DNA of 64,000 bases from Escherichia coli (GCF_003991155.1 NZ_CP031293.1), one strand, 5' to 3'; counted from the stretch's first letter, positions 35,851-46,835 are shown. Program-made: numbers and translations. Notes: generated by a model not told the origin, from the sequence alone.

Positions 35851-36519
35851 ATGAAAAAGCACCTTCTGCCTCTCGCTTTGCTGTTATCCGGAATATCTCC
35901 GGCCCAGGCGCTGGATGTCGGCGATATATCATCGTTTATGAACAGTGACAGCAGCACGCTGAGCAAAACGATCAAAAACAGTACCGACAGTGGTCGCCTC
36001 ATCAATATCCGTCTCGAACGGCTCTCTTCACCGCTTGACGACGGGCAGGTTATCTCAATGGACAAGCCGGATGAGTTGCTACTCACTCCCGCTAGCTTGC
36101 TGCTACCCGCCCAAGCCAGCGAAGTGATCCGCTTCTTCTATAAGGGACCCGCAGATGAAAAAGAGCGCTACTACCGCATTGTCTGGTTTGATCAGGCCCT
36201 CAGTGATGCGCAGCGCGATAATGCCAACCGCAGCGCTGTGGCCACTGCTTCCGCCCGCATCGGCACCATTCTGGTCGTCGCACCCCGCCAGGCAAACTAC
36301 CACTTTCAGTACGCCAACGGCTCCCTGACAAATACAGGAAATGCGACGCTGCGGATCCTCGCCTACGGCCCCTGCCTGAAAGCCGCCAATGGTAAAGAGT
36401 GTAAAGAGAATTACTACCTGATGCCGGGCAAGTCGCGTCGTTTTACCCGCGTGGACACGGCGGATAACAAAGGACGGGTTGCACTTTGGCAGGGTGATAA
36501 GTTCATTCCCGTGAAATAG
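35851..36519 (+). CDS. ecpB: EcpB periplasmic pilus chaperone
   Basis: 222 aa with signal peptide; operon position. Confidence 0.9.
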   Translation: MKKHLLPLALLLSGISPAQALDVGDISSFMNSDSSTLSKTIKNSTDSGRLINIRLERLSSPLDDGQVISMDKPDELLLTPASLLLPAQASEVIRFFYKGPADEKERYYRIVWFDQALSDAQRDNANRSAVATASARIGTILVVAPRQANYHFQYANGSLTNTGNATLRILAYGPCLKAANGKECKENYYLMPGKSRRFTRVDTADNKGRVALWQGDKFIPVK

Positions 36520-36544
36520 ATAGCTGTGCAGATGGATAACGACA

Positions 36545-39070
36545 ATGCCTTTACGACGGTTCTCCCCAGGACTGAAAGCCCAGTTTGCCTTCGGCATGGT
36601 CTTTTTGTTCGTTCAGCCCGATGCCAGCGCTGCTGACATAAGTGCGCAGCAAATAGGTGGGGTGATTATTCCGCAGGCCTTCAGTCAGGCGCTCCAGGAC
36701 GGCATGAGCGTCCCGCTCTATATTCATCTCGCCGGTAGCCAGGGTCGCCAGGACGATCAGCGAATCGGCAGCGCTTTTATCTGGTTGGATGATGGACAGC
36801 TACGCATCCGGAAAATACAGCTGGAAGAGAGTGAAGATAACGCCAGTGTCAGCGAACAAACTCGACAGCAGCTGATGGCTCTGGCGAACGCCCCGTTCAA
36901 TGAGGCCCTTACCATCCCCCTGACTGACAACGCGCAGCTGGATCTCAGCTTGCGCCAACTGCTGCTGCAGCTGGTGGTCAAGCGCGAAGCGCTGGGCACT
37001 GTACTACGCTCACGTAGCGAAGACATCGGGCAGTCCAGTGTTAACACCCTCAGCAGTAATCTGAGCTATAACTTCGGCGTCTATAACAACCAGTTGCGTA
37101 ACGGCGGGAGCAACACATCCAGCTATCTGTCGCTGAATAACGTTACTGCACTGCGCGAACATCATGTGGTGCTCGACGGCTCACTGTACGGGATTGGTAG
37201 CGGTCAACAGGACAGTGAATTATATAAAGCGATGTATGAACGCGATTTTGCTGGTCACCGATTTGCCGGTGGAATGCTCGACACCTGGAACTTGCAGTCC
37301 TTAGGGCCGATGACCGCCATTTCAGCAGGGAAGATTTACGGCCTTTCCTGGGGAAACCAGGCCAGCTCCACCATCTTCGACAGCAGCCAATCGGCCACGC
37401 CAGTGATCGCCTTTTTACCGGCGGCGGGCGAAGTACATCTCACCCGTGATGGGCGACTACTAAGCGTTCAGAACTTCACCATGGGCAATCATGAAGTGGA
37501 TACCCGGGGTCTACCGTACGGTATTTACGATGTGGAAGTTGAGGTAATCGTTAACGGTCGCGTGATCAGCAAACGCACCCAGCGGGTCAATAAGCTGTTT
37601 AGCCGGGGGCGTGGTGTCGGTGCACCGCTGGCGTGGCAGATATGGGGCGGTAGCTTTCATATGGATCGCTGGTCGGAAAACGGGAAAAAGACGCGACCAG
37701 CCAAAGAGAGTTGGCTGGCAGGTGCCTCGACCTCCGGCTCACTGAGTACGTTTAGCTGGGCGGCAACGGGATATGGATACGATAATCAGGCGGTGGGTGA
37801 AACCCGTCTGACGCTGCCGCTTGGGGGGGCGATCAACGTTAACCTGCAAAACATGCTGGCCAGTGACAGCTCATGGAGCAACATCGCCAGCATCAGCGCC
37901 ACTCTACCTGGAGGCTTCAGTTCGCTGTGGGTTAACCAGGAAAAAACCCGCATTGGCAATCAATTGCGACGTAGCGATGCCGACAACCGTGCAATCGGCG
38001 GCACACTCAACCTGAACTCACTGTGGTCGAAGCTGGGTACGTTCAGCATCAGCTACAATGATGACCGCCGCTACAACAGCCATTATTACACGGCAGATTA
38101 CTATCAAAGTGTCTACAGCGGTACCTTTGGTTCGCTTGGCCTGCGGGCCGGTATTCAGCGCTATAACAACGGCGACAGCAGCGCCAATACAGGGAAATAT
38201 ATCGCTCTCGATCTCTCGCTACCACTGGGCAACTGGTTTAGCGCAGGGATGACCCATCAAAACGGCTACACCATGGCAAACCTGTCAGCACGCAAACAGT
38301 TTGATGAAGGAACCATTCGCACTGTTGGTGCCAATCTGTCACGAGCCATCTCCGGCGATACCGGTGATGACAAAACCCTCAGCGGTGGGGCGTATGCACA
38401 GTTCGACGCTCGTTACGCCAGCGGAACGCTGAACGTCAATAGCGCGGCGGACGGCTACATCAATACTAATTTGACCGCCAACGGCAGCGTCGGCTGGCAG
38501 GGTAAAAACATCGCTGCCAGCGGGCGGACCGATGGCAACGCTGGGGTGATATTCGACACTGGCCTGGAGAACGATGGTCAGATCAGCGCCAAAATCAACG
38601 GGCGGATTTTCCCGCTTAACGGCAAGCGTAACTATCTCCCGCTCTCTCCCTATGGAAGATATGAGGTGGAGTTGCAGAACAGCAAAAACTCACTCGACAG
38701 TTACGATATCGTCAGCGGTCGCAAAAGTCATCTGACTCTCTATCCAGGCAATGTCGCTGTCATTGAGCCAGAGGTGAAGCAGATGGTTACCGTCTCCGGT
38801 CGTATCCGTGCGGAAGACGGCACACTGCTGGCTAACGCACGGATTAACAACCATATCGGCCGAACCCGAACCGATGAAAACGGCGAGTTTGTCATGGACG
38901 TGGATAAGAAATACCCCACTATCGATTTTCGCTACAGTGGCAATAAAACCTGCGAAGTGGCACTGGAACTCAACCAGGCGCGCGGTGCCGTCTGGGTCGG
39001 TGATGTGGTCTGCAGCGGCCTCTCATCGTGGGCGGCGGTGACGCAGACAGGAGAAGAGAATGAGAGTTAA
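36545..39070 (+). CDS. ecpC: EcpC outer-membrane usher
   Basis: 841 aa; size and position typical of an usher. Confidence 0.9.
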   Translation: MPLRRFSPGLKAQFAFGMVFLFVQPDASAADISAQQIGGVIIPQAFSQALQDGMSVPLYIHLAGSQGRQDDQRIGSAFIWLDDGQLRIRKIQLEESEDNASVSEQTRQQLMALANAPFNEALTIPLTDNAQLDLSLRQLLLQLVVKREALGTVLRSRSEDIGQSSVNTLSSNLSYNFGVYNNQLRNGGSNTSSYLSLNNVTALREHHVVLDGSLYGIGSGQQDSELYKAMYERDFAGHRFAGGMLDTWNLQSLGPMTAISAGKIYGLSWGNQASSTIFDSSQSATPVIAFLPAAGEVHLTRDGRLLSVQNFTMGNHEVDTRGLPYGIYDVEVEVIVNGRVISKRTQRVNKLFSRGRGVGAPLAWQIWGGSFHMDRWSENGKKTRPAKESWLAGASTSGSLSTFSWAATGYGYDNQAVGETRLTLPLGGAINVNLQNMLASDSSWSNIASISATLPGGFSSLWVNQEKTRIGNQLRRSDADNRAIGGTLNLNSLWSKLGTFSISYNDDRRYNSHYYTADYYQSVYSGTFGSLGLRAGIQRYNNGDSSANTGKYIALDLSLPLGNWFSAGMTHQNGYTMANLSARKQFDEGTIRTVGANLSRAISGDTGDDKTLSGGAYAQFDARYASGTLNVNSAADGYINTNLTANGSVGWQGKNIAASGRTDGNAGVIFDTGLENDGQISAKINGRIFPLNGKRNYLPLSPYGRYEVELQNSKNSLDSYDIVSGRKSHLTLYPGNVAVIEPEVKQMVTVSGRIRAEDGTLLANARINNHIGRTRTDENGEFVMDVDKKYPTIDFRYSGNKTCEVALELNQARGAVWVGDVVCSGLSSWAAVTQTGEENES

Positions 39071-40703
39071 CCTACTGATAGCGATGATAATCTTTGCGCT
39101 AATCTGGCCTGCAACCGCGCTCAGAGCGGCAGTGAGCAAAACAACCTGGGCGGATGCTCCGGCACGCGAGTTTGTGTTTGTCGAAAACAACTCAGACGAC
39201 AACTTTTTCGTCACTCCTGGCGGGGCGCTGGATCCGCGCCTGACCGGTGCCAACCGCTGGACCGGTTTAAAATACAATGGTTCAGGAACCATCTATCAGC
39301 AAAGCCTCGGCTACATTGATAACGGTTACAACACCGGCCTTTATACCAACTGGAAGTTTGATATGTGGCTGGAAAATTCACCAGTTTCATCTCCTTTAAC
39401 TGGCTTGCGCTGCATCAACTGGTACGCAGGGTGTAATATGACCACCAGTCTTATCCTGCCGCAAACCACCGACGCCAGTGGATTTTATGGCGCGACGGTG
39501 ACCAGCGGCGGCGCGAAATGGATGCACGGCATGTTGTCAGACGCGTTTTACCAGTATCTGCAACAAATGCCCGTCGGCAGCAGCTTTACAATGACCATCA
39601 ATGCCTGCCAGACCTCTGTGAACTATGACGCCAGCAGCGGCGCACGCTGTAAGGATCAGGCCTCCGGCAACTGGTATGTTCGCAACGTCACCCATACGAA
39701 AGCAGCAAATCTACGGTTGATAAATACCCACTCGCTGGCGGAAGTATTTATCAACAGCGACGGAGTACCGACTCTGGGCGAAGGGAACGCCGACTGCCGG
39801 ACGCAAACCATCGGCAGCCGTTCAGGATTAAGTTGTAAGATGGTTAACTATACCCTGCAAACAAACGGACTCAGCAACACCTCAATCCATATATTCCCTG
39901 CGATCGCCAACTCGTCGTTAGCCTCGGCCGTCGGGGCGTACGATATGCAGTTCAGTCTGAATGGCAGTTCATGGAAACCGGTGAGCAATACCGCCTATTA
40001 CTACACCTTCAACGAGATGAAGAGCGCAGACTCGATCTATGTTTTCTTCTCGAGCAATTTCTTTAAGCAGATGGTGAACCTCGGGATCAGCGATATCAAT
40101 ACCAAAGATCTGTTCAACTTTCGCTTTCAGAACACCACATCACCGGAGTCTGGCTGGTATGAATTTTCTACCTCCAACACGCTGATTATCAAACCCCGTG
40201 ATTTCAGCATCAGTATTATCTCCGATGAATATACTCAGACACCGTCGCGGGAGGGATATGTTGGCAGCGGCGAGTCGGCACTCGATTTCGGCTATATCGT
40301 AACCACCAGCGGTAAAACAGCTGCTGACGAAGTGCTGATCAAGGTGACCGGACCCGCGCAGGTGATTGGCGGGCGCTCCTATTGTGTCTTCAGCTCCGAT
40401 GACGGTAAGGCGAAAGTACCGTTCCCGGCGACGCTTTCCTTTATTACCCGCAACGGAGCTACAAAAACCTACGATGCCGGGTGCGATGATAGCTGGCGGG
40501 ATATGACCGATGCGCTGTGGCTGACTACACCGTGGACTGATATCTCTGGCGAAGTGGGGCAGATGGATAAGACCACAGTCAAATTTTCGATTCCAATGGA
40601 TAACGCCATTTCGCTGCGTACGGTAGATGATAACGGCTGGTTTGGCGAAGTCAGCGCTTCAGGAGAGATTCATGTTCAGGCGACGTGGCGTAACATTAAC
40701 TAA
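39060..40703 (+). CDS. ecpD: EcpD pilus tip adhesin
   Basis: 547 aa with signal peptide; start overlaps ecpC end. Confidence 0.9.
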   Translation: MRVNLLIAMIIFALIWPATALRAAVSKTTWADAPAREFVFVENNSDDNFFVTPGGALDPRLTGANRWTGLKYNGSGTIYQQSLGYIDNGYNTGLYTNWKFDMWLENSPVSSPLTGLRCINWYAGCNMTTSLILPQTTDASGFYGATVTSGGAKWMHGMLSDAFYQYLQQMPVGSSFTMTINACQTSVNYDASSGARCKDQASGNWYVRNVTHTKAANLRLINTHSLAEVFINSDGVPTLGEGNADCRTQTIGSRSGLSCKMVNYTLQTNGLSNTSIHIFPAIANSSLASAVGAYDMQFSLNGSSWKPVSNTAYYYTFNEMKSADSIYVFFSSNFFKQMVNLGISDINTKDLFNFRFQNTTSPESGWYEFSTSNTLIIKPRDFSISIISDEYTQTPSREGYVGSGESALDFGYIVTTSGKTAADEVLIKVTGPAQVIGGRSYCVFSSDDGKAKVPFPATLSFITRNGATKTYDAGCDDSWRDMTDALWLTTPWTDISGEVGQMDKTTVKFSIPMDNAISLRTVDDNGWFGEVSASGEIHVQATWRNIN

Positions 40704-41382
40704 GGCCCTGCTGACAGTGGTCTGTATGCTGGCGGCACCTTTGACACAGGCGATTTCGGTCGGCAATCTGACATTTTCGCTGCCGTCCGAGACTGACTTT
40801 GTCAGCAAACGTGTAGTGAATAACAACAAAAGCGCGCGGATATACCGTATTGCCATCAGTGCTATCGATAGCCCGGGCAGCAGTGAATTGCGCACTCGAC
40901 CGGTGGATGGTGAACTGCTTTTCGCCCCCCGCCAGCTGGCGTTGCAGGCTGGTGAGAGCGAGTATTTTAAATTTTACTATCATGGTCCACAGGATAACCG
41001 CGAGCGCTACTACCGGGTCTCATTTCGCGAGGTCCCCACTCGCAACCAGACAAGACGTAGCCCAACCGGCGGCGAGGTCAGCACAGAGCCGGTGGTGGTG
41101 ATGGATACCATTCTGGTAGTACGACCACGTCAGGTTCAGTTTAAATGGTCCTTCGACCAGGTGACAGGAACGGTAAGTAACACCGGCAACACGTGGTTTA
41201 AGCTACTGATTAAACCAGGATGTGATTCGACCGAAGAGGAAGGCGACGCCTGGTATCTACGTCCGGGAGACGTGGTTCATCAGCCTGAGTTACGTCAGCC
41301 GGGGAATCACTATCTGGTCTATAACGACAAATTCATTAAGATTAGCGATTCCTGTCCGGCTAAGCCCCCTTCGGCGGACTAA
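40672..41382 (+). CDS. ecpE: EcpE chaperone
   Basis: ORF 40627-41382; start placed at [15 protein letters not shown] (236 aa); overlaps ecpD 3' end. Confidence 0.85.
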   Translation: MFRRRGVTLTKALLTVVCMLAAPLTQAISVGNLTFSLPSETDFVSKRVVNNNKSARIYRIAISAIDSPGSSELRTRPVDGELLFAPRQLALQAGESEYFKFYYHGPQDNRERYYRVSFREVPTRNQTRRSPTGGEVSTEPVVVMDTILVVRPRQVQFKWSFDQVTGTVSNTGNTWFKLLIKPGCDSTEEEGDAWYLRPGDVVHQPELRQPGNHYLVYNDKFIKISDSCPAKPPSAD

Positions 41383-41694
41383 GACTTATCCATCAGACGA
41401 GGGAAGAATTCCACCTCAGAGACTCAAAAATCGTTTAAATGATGTGGAAGCGATCGTCAATGTCACCTGTAACGATGAGCTTTCTCATATGCACACCACA
41501 GTGTTCAGGAGACACGGAAAGGTACCAGGCGGCCTGCTAACGAGTGGTTTCTTCACGAATTAGGACGTAAAATCGGTAACGGCTGGAAATCATTCAATAC
41601 TCACACTATCGAAAGTACACCAGCCAACCGCGATACGTCCCTGCATACGACGTACCGCAGTTCTCTTTACGATTTATAGCTGTACTGGTGAATT

Positions 41695-42024
41695 ATGAGC
41701 AATCTGAATCCATGCATGACGTGTGGTGCCTGTTGTGCATTTTTCCGCGTCTCTTTTTACTGGGCCGAAGCCGACGATGCTGGCGGTACCATTCCCGCCA
41801 GGCTCACTGAACAAATATCCCCTTTTCACCGATGCATGAGCGGTACCAATCAGAAAAACCCCCGATGTATTGCCCTTGCAGGAACACCGGGCAAAAATGC
41901 CTGCTGCACGATATATAAAAATCGATCTTCCACGTGCAGAGAATTCGCCATGTCTGGTGAGAACGGAGTCGTCAATGAGGCTTGCAATCGTGCAAGAGCT
42001 AAATACGGGCTGACACCGTTATAA
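41695..42024 (+). CDS. ykgJ: YkgJ, cysteine-rich zinc/iron-chelating domain protein
   Basis: 109 aa with CxxCxxCC and further Cys motifs; synteny between ecpE and yagU. Confidence 0.8.
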
Positions 42025-42231
42025 ATATGCAATAATTAATTGCACTGCCCCGCCAGCTATAATCGCGGGGCTTCGTTTTTCAGGGATAACAAAACCCGAA
42101 ACTTCTTCCATCTGCCAGCAACAATGCCTCTTCCTCTATAGTGTTCTCCGGATCTACAGCATCCTGAAGTAGCGCGATGTACTCACTGGCTATCTGCCAT
42201 CAGAAAGTTAAAAACAATGTTTTTAACCTAT

Positions 42232-42260
42232 AAAAATGGCGCTGTATTTGCGCCATTTTT
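42232..42260. terminator. bidirectional intrinsic terminator between convergent ykgJ and yagU
   Basis: AAAAATGGCGC-TGTATTT-GCGCCATTTTT: hairpin flanked by A-run and T-run, so it works on both strands. Confidence 0.6.
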
Positions 42261-42273
42261 ATCATTCAATGCA

Positions 42274-42888
42274 TTATCTGTTTGAGCCTAAAGGGATCTC
42301 AGGGTCTGGCTCATGAGTAATTCTGTTTCGTAAATCTCTGCGAATAATTTCAATGGACCAGAACCAGACTAAATGTCCAAAAATTTCAGAAACATTCTCA
42401 TACCACGGGAGATCAAACAGAGGTGGCGTCAGTCCCATGAGAGGGAATGAAATCATATGAACAAAAAGTTGGGCTAAAGCACCTGCCAGTAAGCCCTGCC
42501 AGAGTTTAATTTTTGGAAATACTTCAGCGACCACACAATAACCGACAGCAAACACTATCGAAAAGATAATGTGCGTAACACCAACCCAGTTAAAGACATG
42601 CCCGGCAAAGGTATAAACAGCCGCATTGGGATCTGTCAGCCCCAGCCAGTCTCGAAGAAAAATATACGGAGGATTGAGAAAATTACGGGAGCAATCAATT
42701 TGCCCAGCAGCCCTGATTAATGATTCCGGACCACACGCTGCATTAAACATATCCACCGGGCTACGTGGCGGCAATGGAACTTCAGCCCCCCACTTCACAA
42801 ATGCGGAAACAACGCCAGCAATCAGCCCAATGAATGCAGCAAGACCATAACGTCTGCGGTTCGGTGGAGTTTGTTCAAATATATTCAT
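42274..42888 (-). CDS. yagU: inner-membrane protein YagU (DUF1440)
   Basis: 204 aa with several TM helices; synteny. Confidence 0.85.
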
Positions 42889-43095
42889 ATTTACCCTGTT
42901 TGTTTAATTATGTTGTACACCTCTTCAGGAGTATTCATAAAACAAGACAAATGTAAAGAACTGTATTGTTTTGTATAACCACATGGTTACCTAATCGCCA
43001 ATTAATATAAGCTCCATTATTTCTCCATATTTTTATGTTAGAAGTGACAAGGAGAAATGTAATGTTTCTCTCAGAGAATATAAATCATTCCTTTT

Positions 43096-43121
43096 GCCCA
43101 CCTTAATGGTGGGCTTTTTTA
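43096..43121 (+). terminator. orphan terminator-like hairpin (GCCCACC-TTAAT-GGTGGGC + TTTTTT)
   Basis: Perfect 7-bp GC-rich stem followed by T6; no obvious upstream + strand gene, so possibly left over from lost DNA. Confidence 0.4.
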
Positions 43122-43276
43122 TGCAAAACCTGAACGTCCTGTGGTATTCCTCTGGCATAATGATTTTCGCGATTAACCAACAACCAGACCAGCAAAGACG
43201 CCACCACAAGCACAGCAACATCCTTCAGGCTTGCCACACCCCATACGTGCGGCTCAAAGCCGCCATGGCATATTAA

Positions 43277-43474
43277 TCCGCTTGCCATTTTCGAACAGCT
43301 GATTGGTTTAGTCCGGTGTTTCCCTGCTTGCACTTAAAAATGAGCGGATGGGAAACTCTCGAAATGGTTCGTCGATATGCTCACCTTTCAGTCAGGCATT
43401 TCACCGCGCACGCGAGCAAAATCAAAGGCACAAGAGGAGAACGTAGTTTACTGAAATGTGAGGTAACTTATTGA
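43277..43474 (+). pseudogene. possible C-terminal fragment of a tyrosine recombinase (integrase remnant)
   Basis: Frame translates ...GWETLEMVRRYAHLSVRHF..., resembling the catalytic-Tyr C-terminal motif (ERYAHL) of phage integrases; no N-terminal part present; ends 6 bp before the attR-like repeat. Confidence 0.3.
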
Positions 43475-43480
43475 TTTAAA

Positions 43481-43496
43481 TGGTGCGATAATAGGA
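43481..43496. repeat. attR-like imperfect direct repeat of the thrW 3' end (TGGTGCGATAATAGGA)
   Basis: Matches the tRNA 3' end at 63061-63077 (TGGTGCCGATAATAGGA) except for a 1-nt deletion; same orientation. Confidence 0.55.
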
Positions 43497-43557
43497 ACAA
43501 TACACATAGGCGATAAGCTTTGTTTTTGTTGCCTTTTTTATTGTTCATTTTTTATAG

Positions 43558-43580
43558 ATACCCCCAAAAGTACCCCCATA
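43558..43580. repeat. island-terminal 23-mer ATACCCCCAAAAGTACCCCCATA (putative arm-type integrase site)
   Basis: 22 of 23 identical to 62927-62949 at the other island end, same orientation. Confidence 0.5.
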
Positions 43581-43697
43581 TCTTTTTCCGCCCCTGAAAT
43601 TTGGTTGTTATTCATACAGCATATCAGGCGGTAACGCTCTCCCTTTAACCCACTTATTGTATGATAGTGCTATCCCACAATAAGGAATCAGCCAGCC

Positions 43698-44057
43698 ATG
43701 AGAATGACCAGTCGCAAAAAAGAGATACTTAGCTACTTTGAACCGGATAACCTCGAATGGGTGACTGGTGAGATTGGTGCGCCGCCGTTCGATGTGTCGG
43801 GTGTGGCCTACCTGCTTCATGGCATGGTGTCGTTCGATAAGCGTCACCAGCTCGAATCAACCCGGCGAACACTGGAAAGCATGGTTGCTGGTGGACTGCT
43901 TGAGCGGGTGACAGTGTATGAATCGCGCCAGATACGGCGCGGCGGTGATACTAACGCAACGGTCGTGCGCTACGGTTTACCCGGTCAGTGCGCTGTTATG
44001 CGCGATACTGGCGGCGCTGACAACGCAATATCAGGTGAATACATGCGGGTCAGTTAA
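43698..44057 (+). CDS. hypothetical protein (119 aa), first island gene at the attR side
   Basis: ORF with AAGGA SD; upstream inverted repeat CTTATTGT..ACAATAAG; 3' end overlaps the convergent gene by 8 bp. Confidence 0.5.
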   Translation: MRMTSRKKEILSYFEPDNLEWVTGEIGAPPFDVSGVAYLLHGMVSFDKRHQLESTRRTLESMVAGGLLERVTVYESRQIRRGGDTNATVVRYGLPGQCAVMRDTGGADNAISGEYMRVS

Positions 44058-44592
44058 TAGCCTGCAATCTGTCGTTGATGCGGCTCAGGTCGTAAACCCG
44101 GCGTTCAATATCCAGCATCAGGAAATTGTGGATCTCGGCCTGCTCAGGATTATCAGACTCTCTGGCCTGTAATAGCAATTCATTGTAACCATGCAAGCCG
44201 CCTGAGTTTTCCGCCGGGGTGGTGCCTTTCCCACGCAGGCAGCTAATGGGCTGATTACTCGTATCGTGTGTTTGCTTCTCCAGCACAATGACGCAATCCC
44301 ACCAGTCGCCAAAGTCATACGTGTAAACCAGCTTGTCACCCTCATTCTGGAGCGCCGCCCATAGTGGCGTGATTGCCGCGTTACCCATGCTTTCATCCTC
44401 ACCCCATACGCGATACTCGCTACCTGGATCACCTTTACGCCCTTTCTCGAACATATACAGGTGTTCGTCATTCCAGCCAAAAGCTAACTGGATCACGGCA
44501 TGAAGTTTACTAAAGGGGATTTGCTCTGGAACCAGCACACGCCGCCATATAGGTGGTTTGCTGTCTCGGATGGTTATCTTTAGCTGGTACAT
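44050..44592 (-). CDS. pRiA4b ORF-3-like family protein (180 aa)
   Basis: N-terminal motif YQLKITIRDSKPPIWRRVLVP as I recall for the PRiA4_ORF3 domain family; function unknown. Confidence 0.6.
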   Translation of the reverse strand: MYQLKITIRDSKPPIWRRVLVPEQIPFSKLHAVIQLAFGWNDEHLYMFEKGRKGDPGSEYRVWGEDESMGNAAITPLWAALQNEGDKLVYTYDFGDWWDCVIVLEKQTHDTSNQPISCLRGKGTTPAENSGGLHGYNELLLQARESDNPEQAEIHNFLMLDIERRVYDLSRINDRLQAIN

Positions 44593-44712
44593 GCAAATCC
44601 TGAATAAATGCGAATCGGAAGGATAACGATACTGACGTACTCACAATTCTGTAAAGGTGAATAAAGGAAATTTGCTTAATACGCATAAGTTACATGTGGA
44701 ATAATCCCATAT

Positions 44713-44898
44713 CTACCTGCGCGGCGCTGGCTTCTTCCACTGGTAGGCAGGTGCTCGCATCATTTCGCGGAACCTGTCGCGCCGGGCTATATCGGCATTA
44801 ACTGATCGTTCTATCTCCCGTTGATCTGCCTGTGTAAGCTGGTGGCCTCCGTGCTCAAGTTTGGCGATGGTCAATAAGGCTATTTCGCGTGGTGTCAT
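44713..44898 (-). CDS. hypothetical small protein (61 aa)
   Basis: ORF with AGAGGG SD-like sequence; no recognisable domain. Confidence 0.35.
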   Translation of the reverse strand: MTPREIALLTIAKLEHGGHQLTQADQREIERSVNADIARRDRFREMMRAPAYQWKKPAPRR

Positions 44899-45123
44899 AC
44901 GTCATACCCTCTGGAAGGATGAAACACGCCCGGATTAAATTTCATTTTTCGCGGGTATAAAAAAACGATGGGGCGGGCAGTCCCGGATAGTCAGGGCTGT
45001 AGAGATTTGACTACCCCCTCCCCACTGGATTCAGGTTACTGCTATTCCGTTAAGCGCTGCTTACGGGGATAGCTGCGTTGTGATTTTGACCATTCAGGTC
45101 GCCGCTATTTCCTCACCGATTGG

Positions 45124-45156
45124 GTGCTACGCGCGCGCGTACTTGTCCCGAAATAC
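45124..45156. repeat. copy 1 of repeat TGCTACGCGCGCGTACTTGTC..AAATA.CAG (contains palindrome ACGCGCGCGT)
   Basis: Near-identical to 46518-46550; related partial copies at 46755-46770 and 46807-46835. Confidence 0.6.
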
Positions 45157-45195
45157 CAGAAACCGCCAGCCAGAGGATGATTTCCCTCTGGTGGT

Positions 45196-45477
45196 CTACC
45201 TTTGCCTCTTGCCGCCATTTAACCGGAAGGCGTTACCGTTCGGTTGCGCTATCCCCATGCGGTGTTGCGTTTCGGTAACAGCTTTATGCAGGTCGCCAAA
45301 TTCCTCAACCTTCACGGGCGGGCGCTTCACGTTCTCCAGACACGTTTCACGGCGGCGCTTTATCCATTCCCGATCATCGTCCTCGGTGCATAACAGCATG
45401 ACTTCCATCCATCGTGCGGCAGCTCTCCGGTATAGCCCTTTTGACTCCAGCTCTTCAGCTTTCCTGTCCCTTATCAT
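45196..45477 (-). CDS. PerC-family transcriptional activator-like protein (93 aa)
   Basis: N-terminal motif MIRDRKAEELESKGLYRRAAARWMEVM resembles PerC/Pch family as I recall it; GAGG SD and TATAAT -10 upstream. Confidence 0.5.
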   Translation of the reverse strand: MIRDRKAEELESKGLYRRAAARWMEVMLLCTEDDDREWIKRRRETCLENVKRPPVKVEEFGDLHKAVTETQHRMGIAQPNGNAFRLNGGKRQR

Positions 45478-45513
45478 TTCTGCCTCTCAGATTATATAGA
45501 TAAGCAAAAAGGT

Positions 45514-45634
45514 GTTGGTTCAGTTGGTTCAGTTGGTTCAATTTGTAAAGATCGTTGTTTTTATTGTGTTTTTTCTGAAATGTTGAACCAACATCAACTC
45601 ATTTTGAACCAACACAGCCCAGCTCTGAACCAAC
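45514..45634. repeat. iteron module A: 3 tandem GTTGGTTCA, AT-rich spacer, 3 copies of the complementary TGAACCAAC
   Basis: Copies at 45514-22, 45523-31, 45532-40 and complementary copies at 45584-92, 45605-13, 45626-34. Confidence 0.7.
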
Positions 45635-45736
45635 AACACAGCGATAGCTTTGTGATTGGTCCGTTATTTTCTGGCTGATATTTGAGCGTATAACAGTGTT
45701 ATACAGTGGTATACTGTATGGATATTACTCACTGAT

Positions 45737-46192
45737 ATGGTCTTTGCAATGAGCAAATCTAATCTGATCGCGTTCCGCATCCCATCTGAATTGCAGGATG
45801 AGTTTAATCGGTCTGTTCTCGCTTCTGGAGGGGATAAAACCTCCTGGCTTGTTGATGCGATTCGCATGAAGCTGGGACAGCCGGAAAAGTCTATTGATTC
45901 ACGAATGCTTGGGCTGGTGGAGCGCATGGAAAAAGCCGCTGCGTCGCTTATTGCCGGAAAGCCGAACATCCCACCAAAGCCATATAACGAAACGGCAGTT
46001 ATAAAGATCATTGCCGATACCATCCAACAGGGATTTGATAATGGGCGTGTGATAGCTGAACGGATCAATGAAGCAGGCTATCAAACAAAAGCTGGTAAAG
46101 CGTGGGATAAAGATATTTACAGCGCGTGGAAGCGTCAGGGAAGCAATGCTGAAAAGTTAAAAGCGGTGATTGATTGTAAGGTCAGCGTATAA
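45737..46192 (+). CDS. putative ribbon-helix-helix (CopG/Arc-like) DNA-binding protein with extended C-terminus (151 aa)
   Basis: N-terminal IAFRIPSELQDEFNRSV...KTSWLVDAIRMKL resembles an RHH beta-strand plus helix; start may be the Met at 45749. Confidence 0.45.
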   Translation: MVFAMSKSNLIAFRIPSELQDEFNRSVLASGGDKTSWLVDAIRMKLGQPEKSIDSRMLGLVERMEKAAASLIAGKPNIPPKPYNETAVIKIIADTIQQGFDNGRVIAERINEAGYQTKAGKAWDKDIYSAWKRQGSNAEKLKAVIDCKVSV

Positions 46193-46271
46193 ACATGAGT
46201 GCCCATTGGAAAGCTGCTTGGGCCAATACCTTTATACACCAGCAGGTGGTGACGATAGGTGAGGATTAGGC

Positions 46272-46493
46272 ATGAAAGGCAGAACGCCACACATTGAACA
46301 TCAAGCCAACCACTTCTCGGATGTTCGCAATGAGATGATTGCCATTCGCGGTGATATGCACGGCTTGGAGCGTCGAATTATTGATAAGATTGATGAAAAT
46401 AGAGATAAGGCCAGTGAAAATCAAAAGTGGATCATCGGCCTGTTGATTTTATCAATTCTTATCCCGCTACTTATCGCATTGGTCACAAAATGA
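46272..46493 (+). CDS. small tail-anchored membrane protein (73 aa)
   Basis: GAGGA SD; charged coiled-coil-like N-terminus and single C-terminal TM helix (WIIGLLILSILIPLLIALV). Confidence 0.5.
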   Translation: MKGRTPHIEHQANHFSDVRNEMIAIRGDMHGLERRIIDKIDENRDKASENQKWIIGLLILSILIPLLIALVTK

Positions 46494-46517
46494 ATATCCA
46501 ATGTGTATGCTGTCGAT

Positions 46518-46550
46518 GCTACGCGCGCGTACTTGTCGCAAAATATCAGG
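46518..46550. repeat. copy 2 of the ACGCGCGCGT-ACTTGTC repeat
   Basis: TGCTACGCGCGCGTACTTGTCGCAAAATATCAG, near-identical to copy 1. Confidence 0.6.
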
Positions 46551-46754
46551 CAAAGGCCAGATTCAGAAATTCGTGATAACCACCAGCACAACATGAGAGG
46601 TCATGTAACGCGATTTATCACACCAGATACATGTGATTGGTGTACCCGCATAAAACATCGTCATAGCGCGTCCTGTGCGCATATACGCCGATAATCAACA
46701 CATCACCACCACTCTGTCTCATGTAGAGAACAGTTTTATGGTACTCCCCTCCAT

Positions 46755-46835
46755 CGTGCGCGTACTGGTCGGACGTAGTTGCAAAATTTTTTGCAACTGA
46801 TACCCCTCGCGCGCGTACTGGTCACGAAATTGGTG
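46755..46835. repeat. copies 3 and 4 (partial) of the GCGCGCGTACTGGTC repeat flanking palindrome GTTGCAAAATTTTTTGCAAC
   Basis: CGTGCGCGTACTGGTC at 46755-46770; CGCGCGCGTACTGGTCACGAAATTGGTG at 46807-46835; 20-bp perfect palindrome at 46777-46796. Confidence 0.5.

Noticed and set aside
43094-43276. 60-aa ORF starting at TTG in the yagU-island junction
   Set aside because: Begins inside a terminator hairpin, uses a non-ATG start without an SD and sits in apparent scar DNA.
45080-45499. 139-aa + strand ORF overlapping the PerC-like gene
   Set aside because: Antisense to a gene with a clear SD and -10 box; composition dominated by Ser/Arg/Cys, typical of an out-of-frame read.
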